The notes under the pieces: generated by a model
The model's input: the letters and a program-made list of their open reading frames with translations, nothing else
The model's database searches: none
Told to the model about the DNA's origin: nothing
In this document: in pieces, positions 13,585 to 28,130 of the stretch
Layout of the letters: each line of letters begins with the position of its first letter
Numbering within the stretch: the first letter of the stretch is position 1
Program-made: the position numbers and the translations under genes
Assembly (NCBI GenBank): GCA_964016885.1
Contig: OZ024755.1
Location: forward strand, 34,658,001-34,722,000
Direction of reading: 5' to 3'
Source: Eledone cirrhosa
Taxonomy: Eukaryota
DNA: 64,000 nt

Positions 13585-14159
13585 AATAATATAATTTTCT
13601 TATAATATATGGTTTCTGATTTAGGCACAAGGGCAGCAATTTTTTTTTGGGGGGGGGGGGGGGGGGGTCTATTAAATCGACCCCAGTGCGTGACTGGTAC
13701 TTTATTTTATAGACATTGTAAGGATGAAAGGCAAAGTTAACCTCGGCAGGATTTGAACTCAGACCGTAAAGGGGCGTAACTCCATACTGCAAAGCATGGC
13801 GTCCGACCCTCTACCGATACTGCTAATCCACCAATAATAATAATTTTCTTTATGACAAGACTTTCAGACCACCCTGTACATGTGTGCCAAATTGGCATTA
13901 AAATAACTAGCAGAAAAACCACCCTTCGAGTGGTTTTCTGCTAGCATGTGTAGTGTGTATATTGATATTATACGCAGGTATATATGCATGTAGATATGAT
14001 ACATCAAATAAAATCGTAATTGACAATATACACAAATTGAACGAAGACTGTGTTACACTGTCTTATTTAATAAGTAACGTAATCCATGATACATTAAAAA
14101 AGACGATATTATATATAAACTGCATTAGGAGAAAATTAGTGACAGAAAATTATTATGTT

Positions 14160-14510
14160 TATTTAAGCGACCGCTAACCGGAAGTGTTGACATTTCAGAA
14201 ATTTTAAAGAAGTGAATCTTTAAATAAACAAAATTTATTTAATCAACAACCACGAAATTTAGTAGATAAATTATGTAATATTCATTCATTATTTTTTTCA
14301 AAGTAATCCAACTTATTTTACTAATGGGATAAAAAAATTATAAACCGTACGCAGTCCCACGCTCCTTACTTTATTATAGTTTAGACTAGGTAATGCTGAG
14401 AGCATGCTGACTTGCCTCAAAAAGTATTAGAGACGTTCCAGTCCTCCTCGCGATATCTGTTCTGGCAGTGGTTCGTTTGTCCACCCCCTTTCGCTTGCCT
14501 TTTGATGTAT
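14160..14510 (+). promoter_or_regulatory. Possible promoter or first non-coding exon
   Basis: ETS-type ACCGGAAGTG at about 14177, locally CpG-richer unique sequence, possible donor gat|gtatgt at about 14506. Confidence 0.2.
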
Positions 14511-14849
14511 GTAGGTCCAAGATGCGTGTATTACATGCTGCTGTTTTTTTCTTATTTGTAATATTATTTATACAATTGTGAATAAAATGAATAGGTGCAG
14601 ACAATTCTGTAAATGACATTTGTAGACTTTCAATTTTATTTATTTATTTTTTGTACGGGGTGGGGAGATGCTATATAGATACCCGTAAAATAGATTCCCA
14701 GGCTATGTAGCCGGTAAGAGTGTCAGACACCATGAGTTGCGGCCTTTTACGATCTGAGTTAATACAATTTGAAATCTTTTCCACCATCAATTGTTAAAAA
14801 AAACAAGTTGAAATCATTTAGTCGTATGTTACTTTTTATTTATATACCA

Positions 14850-16527
14850 CATACATCTACAGGTAGATATATAAACAGATACAGTCAATAGAAGTAATAC
14901 CTACACATACACACACTTCTACAGGTAAATACATAAACAGATACAGACAACAGAATACCTACACATACACACACATACACACGTAAATACATAAACAGAT
15001 ACAGTCAACAGAAGTAATACCTACACATACATCTACAGGTAAATACATAAACAGATACAATCAACAGAATACCTACACATACACACACATCTACAGGTAA
15101 ATACATAAACAGATACAGACAACAGAATACCTTCACATACACACACATCTACAGGTAAATACATAAACAGATACAGACAACAGAATACCTACACATACAC
15201 ACACATCTACAGGTAAATACATAAACAGATACAATCAACAGAATACCTACACATACACACACACATACACACGTAAATACATAAACAGATACAGAAAACA
15301 GAATACCTACACATACACACACATACACACGTAAATACATAAACAGATACAGACAACAGAATACACACACATCTACAGGTAAATACATAAACAGATAGTC
15401 AACAGAATACCTACACATACACAGGTAAATACATAAACAGATACAGTCAATAGAATACCTACACATACACACACATCTACAGGTAAATACATAAACAGAT
15501 ACAGACAACAGAATACCTACACATACACACACATTCACACGTAAATACATAAACAGATACAGACAACAGAATACCTACACATACACACACATCTACAGGT
15601 AAATACATAAACAGACAACAGAATACCTACACATACACACACACATCTACAGATAAATACATAAACAGATACAATCAACAGAATACTTACACATACACAC
15701 CCATCTACAGGTAAATACATAAACAGATACAGTCAACAGAAGTAATACCTACACATACACACACACATCTACAGGTAAATACATAAACAGATACAGACAA
15801 CAGAATACCTACACATACACACACACACATACACACGTAAATACATAAACAGATACAGTCAATAGAATACCTACACATACACACGTAAATACATAAACAG
15901 ATACAGTCAACAGAATACCTACACATATACACACATAAATACATAAACAGAATACCTACACATACACACATATCTACAGGTAAATACATAAACAGATACA
16001 GTCAACAGAATACCTACACATATACACACATAAATACATAAACAGAATACCTACACATACACACATCTACAGTTAAATACATAAACAGATACAGACAACA
16101 GAATACCTACACATATACACACATAAATACATAAACAGAATACCTACACATACACACATATCTACAGGTAAATACATAAACAGATACAGACAACAGAATA
16201 CCTACACATATACACACATACACACGTAAATACATAAACAGAATACCTACACATACATACACACATCTACAGGTAAATACATAAACAGATACAGACAACA
16301 GAATACCTACACATATACACACATAAATACATAAACAGAATACCTACACATACACACACACATCTACAGGTAAATACATAAACAGAATACCTACACATAC
16401 ACACACACATTTACAGGTAAATACATAAACAGATACAGACAACAGAATACCTACACATACACACACATACACACGTAAATACATAAACAGATACAATCAA
16501 TAGAATACCTACACATACACACACATC
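14850..16527. repeat. Modular minisatellite (about 40-62 bp units)
   Basis: Repeating acatctacaggtaaatacataaacagatacagacaacagaatacctacacatacacac with module drop-outs. Confidence 0.95.
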
Positions 16528-16724
16528 AATTCATACATATTCATAAATAGTCACATTATATAAAATAATTATTACATAAACACTCATCTATGAAGGATTG
16601 AGGAAGGCAGTGCCTGGTGAAACACTATAGCGATATGTGTGTTGCGTTCCTTTAGGGTTTACCGGCTACATAGCCTATTCGCTTTGTTTGTTTGTTTTTT
16701 TTATATATAATATCCCTTCAGTTC

Positions 16725-17500
16725 TGGAGCCGGCTAGTTTATTCAGAAATGACGGGAAGAGACTAGACGGTCTTACCCTTTGTCCCTGAGTGAGAGGTAG
16801 GTGTCTCATCTGGGACATCACAGTGAGTGACTCTTTTGCTCCCTCCCACATCATGGACACCGTGGTAAATGTGGGGTCATGGACACCGTGGTAAATGTGG
16901 GGTCATGGACACCGTCGTAAATGTGGGGTCATGGACACCGTGGTAAATGAGGGGGTTAATGCCTCAGTTGTCGAAAGGAATACAATTCATAAATACCAGG
17001 ATTTATCCAGTAATTATTTTTTCAAACTTCTGATGTTCAAGACATTTGATGGAGTCAGGCCGCTGACAGCGAAGTTCTTGTCATCGCTGGTGGCTCACCT
17101 TACTGAGGTGTCAGGTGCTTCCCATGAGGGTAACTGGTTGTTTCAGTGCCTTAGCTTCACCTTACTGGGGTGACAGGTGATTCCCATGAGGGTGCCTGGT
17201 TGTTTCAGTGCCTTAGCCTCACCTTACTGGGGTGACAGGTGATTCCCATGAGGGTGCCTGGTTGTTTCAGTGCCTTAGCCTCACCTTACTTGGATGTCAG
17301 ATGATCCCCGTGAGGGTACCTGGCTGTTTCAGTGCCTTAGCCTCACCTTACTGAGATGTCAGGTGATTCCCTTGAGGGTACCTGGTTGTTTCAGTGCCTC
17401 AGCCCCGCCTTACTGGGGTGTCAGGTGATTCCTGTCAGGGTGCCTGGTTGTTTCAGTGCCCTAGCCTCGCCATCACCCGTGGTAATGCTGGGAGTGTGTT
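16725..17500 (+). mobile_element. CRE-clade retrotransposon fragment with internal 25-bp and about 61-bp tandem amplifications
   Basis: DGKRLDGLTL.P*..GRCLIWDITVSDSFAPS and WLFQCLS; tandem units at 16851-16948 and about 17100-17470. Confidence 0.75.
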
Positions 17501-17869
17501 GGCTTGCCTCAAAGTGTTTATTTACCCCTTATGATGTGATGTGCAGCCGATTGTTGCACTTGGTGGTGAATTGGTGGCAGTTTTTGTTTTTGCTTACCCC
17601 TATTTTCTTCTTTTTTTCCTTCTCTCTTTTATATGTTTATATTTGTATTTATCAACGACACGGCGGTAGAGGGTTGGACGCCATGCTTTGCAGCATAGAG
17701 TTACGCACCTATCTCGCCAAGGTTAACTTTGCCTTTCATCCTTAAGGGGTCGATAAAATAAAGTACCAGTAATGCACTGAGGTAATTGCTGACCTTGTGC
17801 TAAAAGTTTATCAATGACATTATATTTGTAATGTTCTGAACAAATTATGTGAGCAATTTATAATGTTAT

Positions 17870-17995
17870 GCATTTGTAATGTTATTTATGTATATATTTA
17901 AAACATATTTGTAATGTTATTTATGTATATATTTAAAACATATTTGTAATGTTATTTATGTATATATTTAAAACATATTTGTAATGTTATTTATT
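17870..17995. repeat. 39-bp tandem repeat, about 3 copies
   Basis: atttgtaatgttatttatgtatatatttaaaacat repeated. Confidence 0.85.
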
Positions 17996-18317
17996 CAACT
18001 TTTACTACTGTAATGAATGTCCTGTTCCATTTTTTCAATGACAAATAAAAAAAGATCTTTAAAATAAATGAATAGGTGCATATGATTTTGCAAATGAGAT
18101 TTTCAGACTTCCAGTTTGGTTTTTATATACTTCATTCATCACCGTTTTAGTTCTATAAATACCCCGTCATAACTATTTTTTTTACTTTTCTTCCAGAATG
18201 TTTTTTTTTTCCTTATGAATTATGTATATTTTTAACAGAGGATTACGATTTGGTAAATATAGTAAAAAAAAAAAAGAACAATAAAAGCATAAATATAAAT
18301 GGAAACAAAATACCCTA

Positions 18318-20273
18318 TCATCATCATCATCACCATTTTATGTCCATTCTTCCATGCTAACATGGGTTAGATGAGTTGTCCTGTTGTGGGCATAGTTAGG
18401 TCAGGTGACCATGTCTTGCTCATACAGAACTGATTCTGGTTTGGTTTCTAAAGCTGGATGCCCTTCCTAATGCCAACATCATTCACAGTGAATACTGGGT
18501 GCTTTTTTTTGTGACTCCTACATGGCTACCTTATAGTGTGGACTGGGTGGTTTCTGTCGTGACATCTACACAACCACTTTACAGTGTGGACAGGGTGCTT
18601 TTTGCTGTGTCACCTACATGACCACCTTACAATGTCGACTCGGTGCTTTTTGTCATCACACCTACATGACCACTTTACTGTGAGTATTGGGTTCTCTAAA
18701 TTAAAAATGTTTACCCCTCTCCCAAAGCAAGAATCGGCCAATATTAATTTTCTGTTAATAAATATGGTCCAATAAATTAAACTATCCGAATAAACCTATC
18801 ATAAATAACACCAAAATTTCCCTAAAATGAGGGCCAGCAGTTACACAATGAAAGGACATATTGAACAATATAGTTTTATATATAGGAAAAGATCACATAC
18901 TCACACACACATTATATATATATATCATATATATATAATCATATGTATATATATATATCATATATATATATATATATATACATCATATATGCATATAAAA
19001 AAAAAGACAGAGCACTAAAAGTCTATGGAAGCCGTGGAGTGGGGCGACCCAGGAAGACCTGGGATGAGGTGATAAAAGCTGACCTTGCCCAATTGCACCT
19101 CTCAAAGGCGATGTCACAGTACCGTGACCTCTGGAGTCCTGGAGTAATACAGAAGACCCGACTTCCCACGGGCACAAGCCGAAGCTGAAGCATATAGACA
19201 ATATGCCCCCACTCCCTCCCACTGCAAAATGGTTGTGGAGGTGTCACAACAAAAAAGCACCCAGCACTCACTGTAAATGAGGTTGGTGTTAGGAAGGGCA
19301 TCCAGCTGTAGAAATCAAGCCAGAATCAGTTCCCGTATGAGCAAGACATGGTCACCCGATCTGGCATTGCCCACAACAGGACAACCCTTCTAACAAGATG
19401 TCTGTGCAAATGAGTGTATTTGTATGAATATAAGTACATGTAAAATGGGTATGTGTAAATGTGTGTGTTTGTATGAATGTAAGTATGTGTGAATGTGTAT
19501 GTGTAAATGTGTGTTTGTATGAATGTATGTGTAAATGTGTATGTGTGAATGTGTGAATGCGTGTGTTTGTGTGAACGTAAATGTTTGAATGTGTATGTGT
19601 GAATGTGAGTGTGTGTTTTTGTGTGAATGTGTGCTTTTGTATGAATGTAAGTGTGTGTAAATGTGTGTGTTTGTATGAATGTCAGTATATCTAAACATGA
19701 AGGTCTGTGCAAATGACTATGTATTTGTACAAACACAAGTGTCTGTATGATACAGAGTTAAGTATGTGTAAAAGGGAAGTCTGTTTTTGAGTTTTGGCGA
19801 CCAATAAATATCCAAAGATAAGATAGTTCCATCATTAGAATATTGGCCAGTTGGTTTTGTTTACTTCCTGTTTGTCTGAGATTTCAAAATGTCCACCTTT
19901 CTTTCTTTTCATTCTTTCGTATTTCTTCATTGTCATTTCTTTCATTTTCTTAACCAAGGATTATTTTCTCTCTATCTCATAGAGAGATATTTCCTGTTAT
20001 TTGTCCCATTAAGATGTTATGCATTATTGAAACAGACATATGATAAAAACTATTCATATCTTTATTCATCCATTCATCCATTCATCCAGACATTCATAGA
20101 TTTATTTCTATCATTCATATCACTAAGTGTCTCTGGTCAAGAGCTTTCAACTCAACAGTCCAACTAACAGTAACAAACATATCACACATCAGATGAAATC
20201 ATTCACTACTACACTTTGGCATGGGGAAAACAATTCAACTAACTTAGCAATATCATGTGTGTGTGTATGTATG

Positions 20274-20308
<35 letters not shown>

Positions 20309-20372
20309 GTAGAGAGAGAGAGAGAGTCTGCGGTTCAGAGAAACCGCTTTGGTGCCAAAGTTGGGATTTTAC

Positions 20373-20406
<34 letters not shown>

Positions 20407-20865
20407 GGGGGTTGCGTTGGTATGGACATGTGATAAAAACTGACCTTGCTCACCTACACCTCTCTAAGACAATGACACTGGATCGAGACCTTTGGCACCA
20501 TGCAGTTGTACAGAAGACCCGACTGCCATTGCATACAAACCTAGAGTCAGTAGGCACCTCTTAACTCAATGTAAACCCCCGCCCACACACCCTACCCCAT
20601 CCTCTCCCTCCCGTTCCATCCAGTGTGTCGGTGACACAACAGTCCACACTGTAAGGTGGCCGTGTAGGAGACACTGTGAAAAAGCTCCCAGTCCACACTG
20701 TAAATGTGGTTGGTGTTAAGAAGGGCATCCAGCTGTAAAAAAAACCTGCCAGAGACGGTTCCGTGTGAGCGAGAGATGGTCTCCCGACCATTCCCGCATC
20801 AAATAGAACAAAACCGTCTAACCCATGCTAGTGTGCAAGATGGACGTTAAACAATGATGATGATA
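18318..20865. mobile_element. Several RTE 3'-end fragments (18318-18690 minus; 19010-19390 plus; 20408-20865 plus)
   Basis: GRPRKTWDEVIK..DL and shared 3' UTR. Confidence 0.8.
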
Positions 20866-22563
20866 ACCTAACTATCTGTAACACAAACTTCAAAAAACAG
20901 GACAATCACTTGATCACCTATAGATCAGGGGAACACGCCAGCCAGATAGATTATATCCTTACTAGAAGACATGACAGAGTGTCTGTTGTAAACAGTAAGC
21001 CCCTCCCCCATGAAGAATGCACCTCCCAAAATAGCCTAGTAGTTAGTGACCTCATAGTCAGGAATAGACGTACTCGACGAGAGAGGAGGATTACCTTGAG
21101 GAGAAGAATATGGAGGTTGAAAGGACCCCACAGCCAGTGTCAAATTTAAAAGCATATTACTTGATGCTTTGGACAATAAGGAAGAGCAATTAGTGACGTA
21201 CAATATAGAGGAACAATGGGAGTTTTTTAAAGTTAACCTGCTGAAGTCAACAGAGGAAATCTGTGGCTGGAGCAGACCTATAGGCAGGAGGAGAGTAACT
21301 TGGTGGTGGAACAGTAAGGTGGAGGAGACAATCAAGGCCAAAAAGCAGGCTTGGAAAGCATGGCGGGATGGGGGAAGTAGAGAACACTATCAAGTGGCCA
21401 GGAGAGAAGCTAGAAAGATAAGTGTACCTTGCAAGAAGGGAAGCAGGCGATAGAAAGTTCAAGCATGTTCTACAATGCGAGGACCAAAAACGTGAGGTGT
21501 TCAGGATTGCAAGACAATGTGTCAAGGAAAACCATGATATTGTCGGGGAGAAGTGTGTCCGTAATGATGATGGTGTACTTGCCCTCACTGATACTGATAA
21601 GAAGGTAGCTTGGAAGTGTCACTACGAGAGGCTACTAAATGAGGAGAATAAGTGGGAAAAAGATAGTCTGCCCCAAATCGATCCAATAGAAGTTCCAGTG
21701 GTGCAAGTTAAAGGTAGTATAATAAGTAAGGCAATTAAAGATATGAAGACAGGCAAGGCAGCTGGGTCTTCGGAGATAGTTGCTGAGATGTTGAAAGCAT
21801 CTGGAATGATGGGACATACTATGGTCACCCAGATAGTAAACCAAGTAATACAGAATGGGGTCATGCCAAAAAACTGGCGTAGCAGCATCATTGTTAACTG
21901 CTACAAGGGTAAAGGAGATGCTCTAGATAGGGGAAACTATAGAGGCATTAAGTTAGTTGACCAGGTCATGAAGGTCACAGAAAGAGTTATGGCACAACTA
22001 ATCAGAGATCGAATTGATCTAGATGAAATGCAGTTAGGGTTTGTGTCAGGTAAAAGTACCACAGGTGCTCTTTTCCTTGTACGACAATTACAGGAGAAGT
22101 ACCTAGCTAAAAGTAAACCCCTCTACTTAGCTTTTGTAGACCTGGAGAAAGCTTTTGACAGGGTTCCCCTGCTCCATTATCTGGTGGGCCTTAAGAAAGT
22201 TAGGAGTTGATGAATTACGTGTAAGAGATATACAAGCTATGTATAAAGAAACAGCCAGTAAGGTTAGAATTAACAATGAATATAGTGAGGAATTTAGCGT
22301 AAAAGTCGGTGTTCATCAAATCTCTGTCCTTAGCCCCCTCCTGTTTATTATTGCCCTTCAGGCTATAACAGAGGAGGTTAAGACCGGCTGCCCATGGGAA
22401 GTTCTATATGCAGATGATCTAACGCTGATAGCTGAATTTATGGCTGAACTAGAGAAGAAATTCCAAACATGGAAGCATGGCCTAGAATCAAAAGGCCTTA
22501 AAGTTAACTTGTAAAACTAAAGTTCTAGTATGTAGAAAGGAGAATAGGACCAAGGTACCCTCT
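20866..22563 (+). mobile_element. RTE-clade LINE pseudogene (APE C-terminus + RT)
   Basis: SQIDYIL, WWWN, NYRGIKL, LAFVDLEKAFDRVP, GVHQ.SVLSPLLF, YADD at 22407; several frameshifts. Confidence 0.95.
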
Positions 22564-22964
22564 GTGTATTGAGGAGGTATATCAGGTGTAGAGAAGGTAC
22601 ATATTTATTTCATATAGAAATGATTTCTATAAGACTAGAACTGTCTATTAGTTTGAAATAATGAGCTATTAAGTTAGACATGGTGTGGGCCAACACTGGT
22701 CAAAACAAACCATTGTTATCACACACATATATAGGTTCATCACACACACACACACAGACATGTGTGTGTGTAAATAGGTGAAATTTAATTAATTAATAAT
22801 ACGTGATGATGAGGGAAAAAACATTCCAAAGACCATTATTTTTCATCTAATTTTGGCAAGCATAAGCGAGTACTGCGGACATGTTTTGGTTTTACCAGAC
22901 AACCCTGGCAAACCATAACTGTCTCCATACCATATTAGCAAGCAAATGTAATGATGCACAATAA

Positions 22965-23292
22965 AAAAAAGACTGGAACTCCGTCGCTTACAATGGTGAA
23001 GTTGAAGTTGATCTGATCAAAGGAACAGCCTGCACGTGAAATTAATATAGCAAGTGGCTGAACATTCCACAGACACGTGTACTCAATGTAGTTCTCAGGG
23101 AGATTCAGCATGACACAGGATGTGACAAGGCTCTCCTTTTGAATTACAGGTACAATTCATTTTTGCCAGCTGAGGGGATTGGTGAAACATGAAATAAAGT
23201 GTCTTGCTCAAGGACCCAATGTGCCCCTGGGAATCAAACTCACAACCTTATTATTATGAGCGGAATACCCTAACCAGAAAGCCATGTGCCTT
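22965..23292 (-). mobile_element. tRNA/CORE-type SINE with family B head and a different tail
   Basis: Reverse complement: ggcacatggct..tggttagg...gagtttgattcc..gtccttgagcaagacactttatttca, then a non-RTE tail ending in a T-run. Confidence 0.75.
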
Positions 23293-23835
23293 CATGTACA
23301 ATACTGTACATGAATAGGTGTCAGAATTATTTTGACTGAAACAACCCAGGGACGACATCTGCATGAAAAAGTTTGTGGTGAAGTTGAAGTCGTCATAGTT
23401 AATGTAGAGTAGGAAATAAATCTAATTAATCAATAGAAGGCAGCAAGGAGTTCAATAATTAATAATAATTCCATCTGATTTTGGTGTGTCATCATCATCA
23501 TCGATTAACGTCTATTTTCCACGCTAGCATGGGTTAGACAGGTTTGTTCCAATTTAGAGGCAAGTTGGGTTGGGTGACCATATCTGGCTGGTTTTCTATG
23601 GCTGGATGCCCTTCCTAAAGCCAACCACATTTACAGTGTGTGCTGGCTACTTTTTGTCATGGCACCTACACGTTTTATGGCCGATAATTCTGTCTTTGGT
23701 ACAAATTAACAAATTTACCAAAACTTTATAAGAAATGGATGAAAGTCAATTAAATTGGTACATATTTTATTGATGCTTAAGACAAAGTCGACTCTAGTAA
23801 AATTTGAGGTCTATTATCCCTTTAGTATTTACATT

Positions 23836-24160
23836 ACGGAGGGTGCTCTGAGGCCATAGTATCTAGAATAAGGACAGGTTGGAAGAAGTTTAGGGAGCTG
23901 CTTCCTCTGTTGACAAAGAAAGGGTTCTCCCTATGAATGAAAGGCCGGTTATATGATGTTGCATGGTAGTGAGACATGGACAGCAACTGCAGAGGATATA
24001 TGAAGGTTGAAGAGAAATGAAGCAAGCATGCTCTGATGGATGTGCAATGTTAATGTATGTGAACGACGAAGCATAGACAAGTTGAGAGAGAAACTGTGTA
24101 TAAGAGGGATAAACTGTAGTGTGCAGGAGAGAAGACTGCATTGGTATGGACATGTGATGT
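23836..24160 (+). mobile_element. RTE LINE internal fragment
   Basis: GGCSEAIVSRIRTGWKKFRELLPLL...GSETW...RNEASML. Confidence 0.85.
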
Positions 24161-24559
24161 GCCTAGAGGCAGTTTTGAGTTAATTTGTAATGTTTCATCA
24201 AAAATAAGTAAGAAATGATTTTTGGTACACCCTGTATATGCCACCTAAACAATATTTGGTTAGCTGCCACAGCTTATAAATGGGGCTTGGATTTTTGCCC
24301 ATTCCTCAGACATAAAATAGGGTGGAGGTACAGTTTATATTTAGATTAGCTTATATTTGAGTATATAAGGTACTTATTTTACTAATCCCAAAAGGATGAA
24401 ATGCAAAGTAGACCTTTGTGAGTTTTGAACCCAGAACGTAAAGATATATAACTACACCATTTCAAGACAATTAGTCTGCCAGTCTACTGTATTTACTACT
24501 CCAATACTGCTGCCACTAAAAATATTGACAAGCTTTTATTAGCTTACAGTAACTATAGA

Positions 24560-25320
24560 CTTCCTGTAGACTTATGCCATAATAGAAATGCCAACAACAT
24601 CCGTCCCGTCTGAAGCAAATACACTTCACTCGTAACAGCTGAGTATAGCTGGCTGTGAACTAATACGTGCACCGCATTGATATAAACAATGAAATCACAG
24701 GAAAGAAGATACCACAGCTTGTAGGGCCAAGTTCTGATCCTTCTGTAACCTTGAGTCATAGCAGAAACACTAACAACATATTTTTACAATTCTAGGAGGG
24801 GTTTGAAAAAGGAAATATAGAAATAATTGTTTCTACTTTAGGCACAAGTCCAGCAATAACCCCAGTGCGTTACTGGTGCTTTATTTTATAGACCCCATAA
24901 GGTAAACAACATCCACCCATAAGCCGCTATCAGTGATCCGGGTGATGTCTTCAAGAAACTCAATGAGTTGATCACACCAGCTGGAGTTAGCGATAAATCC
25001 AAATTGTGAGGGCCGAATAAGACTGTGAGAGTTTCAGAAGTTCCAAAGTGTTTCTCTGACACAGGATTCCATCAGTTTGATGGCAATGCAGCGAGTAAGA
25101 CTGACTGGACGATAGTTTACAGGCAACGTGTGGTCACCTTTTTGAACAGAGGAATGACACTGGCAGTTTTCCACTGCTCCAGATTAACACCATTGTTCAG
25201 ACAGAATTGAAAGAAGAGTGATAGCTGGTGCAGAAGGAAGTACCCACCACATTTGAGAAGCAGGTATGTAACACCATGAAGACCAGGAGAAGCATGGTTG
25301 CATTTATTCTTAATGTGACG
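24560..25320 (-). mobile_element. Decayed CR1/L2-type RT fragment
   Basis: Reverse complement: WKTASVIPLFKK..NYRPVSLT..KLMES..QFGF; further on GSELGP..FIVYIN. Confidence 0.7.
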
Positions 25321-26200
25321 TCACAGCATTGCAGGTGTAAATTCCATAGTTGTTATAGAATTTGGTGTGAGAGATGGTGGAGATGGTATGTTTTGGTTTT
25401 CAACAATGAAAATGCCTGCTCAGCATTCATCAATATATAATAAATGTTTCCTTATGAAAATATGTAGTTTTGTGGCAATGTAAAAATTAAATATAAAATC
25501 ATTTGAGGTAGATTGATAAATTACCTTACGATATTTCATTACAGCTTTCTACACTCTGAATGTATGCAATCAGGCATTGAATAATTAATAGTAATTCAAT
25601 CTGATTTTAGTGTGTATAGATGAAAGTCAATTATCCCTTTAGTTACTAACTTAGGCAAAACCAGTTTAGGTTCTATGAAATAAAACCATCCATTTTAAAG
25701 GTTTCAAATTTAAATTAAAACCTTCCAACATAATTTTATATGAGAATCTTTCATAAAGTTAGTAATGGAATAATTAATAATTTTGGTAAATCCCTCGGAA
25801 TTCTTCATTAATTAATTAAAATAGAGTGTATTTCATTAGAAATACGGTCATGAAAGGGTTAAATTGACTTTGATGTATTACTGGTATATACTTTAGTGAT
25901 GCTGGAGTGGGTGGAAGATAAAATCAACTCTAATAAAATTTGAGGTCTATTAAAAGATAGCTGACTGAAACCAACTCTGTCTCTAACAACAACAACCCAC
26001 CTCAGAAAGGAAGGGACTTTTACTCTCTAACAACAACCCACCTCAGACAGGAACGGACTTCTACACAGATACAGTGAGTGCAAGAGGTCTAGATACCTGT
26101 GACATTAATGTAAAAATTAAATACAAAATCATTGGTGGTAGATTAACAGAGTTGTTAGAGTCTTGAACAAATTGGTATGTAGTACATAGTTACAGTTTAA

Positions 26201-26483
26201 CCCTTTAGTGTTCAAACCGGCCAAAATTCTCTACCTCTTTCTGTTGAAACTGGCTGTAACTGGTTGCTCAAACTGATGTTAAGGTATTGTTCTCAAAATA
26301 AATACTTTTAAAATCTCATAGATTTGATATTATGTGAGATAATTATGTGAGGTAAAGCCTTTACTATGAAAATATAATAGTATATATAGAGTAATGTGAA
26401 TGTTATGTGAGATAAATATGTGAGGTAAAGCCTTTACTATGAAAATATAATAGTATATATAGAGTAATGTGAATGCTAAAGGG
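26201..26483. mobile_element. piggyBac-like MITE
   Basis: TTAA-CCCTTTAG ... CTAAAGGG-TTAA; internal duplication of about 70 bp; sister copy at 59752-59956. Confidence 0.85.
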
Positions 26484-27744
26484 TTAAATATTACTGAGGA
26501 CAATTTTACCTTTCAGTATTCCAGAGTAGATAAAATAAAATCTTCCAGAGAAGGACAAGAGTGAGAGAAAGGAAGTGAAAAAAAGATATAGAGGAAGAAT
26601 CTACCCCAGTATTAGACTGGTACTTTTTATCAACCTTAAATGGATAAAAAGTAAAGTTGACTTCAGCAGGATTTGAACTCAGTGAGTAGAAAGCTGAAAT
26701 AAATACCGTAAACCATTCTATCTGACGTTCTATCCACTCTGCCAACTGACCACCTTTATATGTGCGTGTGTGTGCATGTGTGTGTGTATGTGTGTGTACA
26801 TATATATATATATCATCATCATCATCATCTTCGTTTAACATCCATCTTCCACGCTAACATGAATATATTTATTTATATATATTTATATATATATACATAT
26901 AAATATATATTCATATATATATATACATCATCATCATCGTTTAACGTCCATCTTCCACGCTTGCATGGGTTTGGACGGGAGTTTTCCCACTTGAGGCAAG
27001 ATTGGTTGTCCTCCTGCTCGTATAGGACTGTCTGGTGGGTTTTCTACAGCTGGATGCCCTTCCTAACACCAACCACGTTTACAGTGTGGACTGGGAGGTT
27101 TTTACCGTGTTACCTACACGGCCACATTACAGCGTGGATTGTGTGTTTTTTTGTCGTGACACCTACATGACCTCATTTATTTCGGACTGGATGTTGTGGT
27201 ACCAACATAACTTTATATCGAAAGGGGTGGTGTGGATGAGGTGGGGGTAGTGGGACTGGGGTGTATTTTTGTTAAGAGGTGCCTACTGACTGTAGGTTTC
27301 GCTTTGTACTTAGGCAAGGCGGGTCTTCTGTATTACTGTGTAGCGCCAAAGATCTCGGTCCAGTGACATTTGACATTGATATTACATGTGTAAATATATA
27401 TATATTTGCACATAAGCATATATATATATATATATATATGTATTACAGGAGATTAACACAAGTCTTTAACGCCGTTTTTTCAATATATATATGAATATAT
27501 ATATAAATATATATATGTATATATATATATAAATATATATATGTATATATATATAAATATATATATGTATGTATATATAAATATATATATGTATGTGTAT
27601 ATATAAATATATATATATATGTATGTATATATAAATATATATGTATGTATATATATATAAATATATATGTATATATAAATATGTATATATATATGTTTAG
27701 GTATATATATGTGTGTGTCTGTGCATATATATACACATATATAT

Positions 27745-28130
27745 ATATTGTTATACTTGGGGAGGGTCATATTTGTGTAATAATATTGCCAGAATTAATA
27801 ACAGAACACACTCACTGTTTGGTAGGTTTTCGCTTCTGTGTCTTTTATATCGGTTAATCTAATTTATTCAGTCCTCAATGTTGCCATTGACTGACCAACG
27901 GTCAAAAATACAGATACAATATAGACACAAACACATATATATAGTCTATCAAAGTTCTTTCGTTGCACATCTGCAACATCGTCAGTGGTGCTATTGTTTC
28001 CTCCCGTTGCATTGTATGTCTACGCCATCTTTATTTAGTCTGTTTATATATTTATTTATTTGTTTATTTTATTTTGTTTTCTTTGCGCATGTGTTTGCGT
28101 GTGTATAGTGTTTTGTTTGAAGTGTGTTCG
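27745..28130 (+). repeat. Unclassified dispersed repeat (also 63540-64000; partial at 4245-4325, 5325-5400 and 10853-10920)
   Basis: Shared ttgttatacttggggagggtcat...aatattgccagaa...agtctatcaaagttcttt. Confidence 0.7.

Larger units (their letters stand above)
12405..13876. mobile_element. Tc1/mariner-like TIR pair enclosing five SINE A copies and HHR repeats
   Basis: TA-CAGGGTGGTCCGAAAGTCTT ... AAGACTTTCAGACCACCCTG-TA. Confidence 0.7.

Noticed and set aside
16590-16655. HHR-like TTGAGGA..GAAAC (similar hints at 27750, 56514 and 63551)
   Set aside because: Core spacing, cleavage triplet or stem I do not fit, so not called
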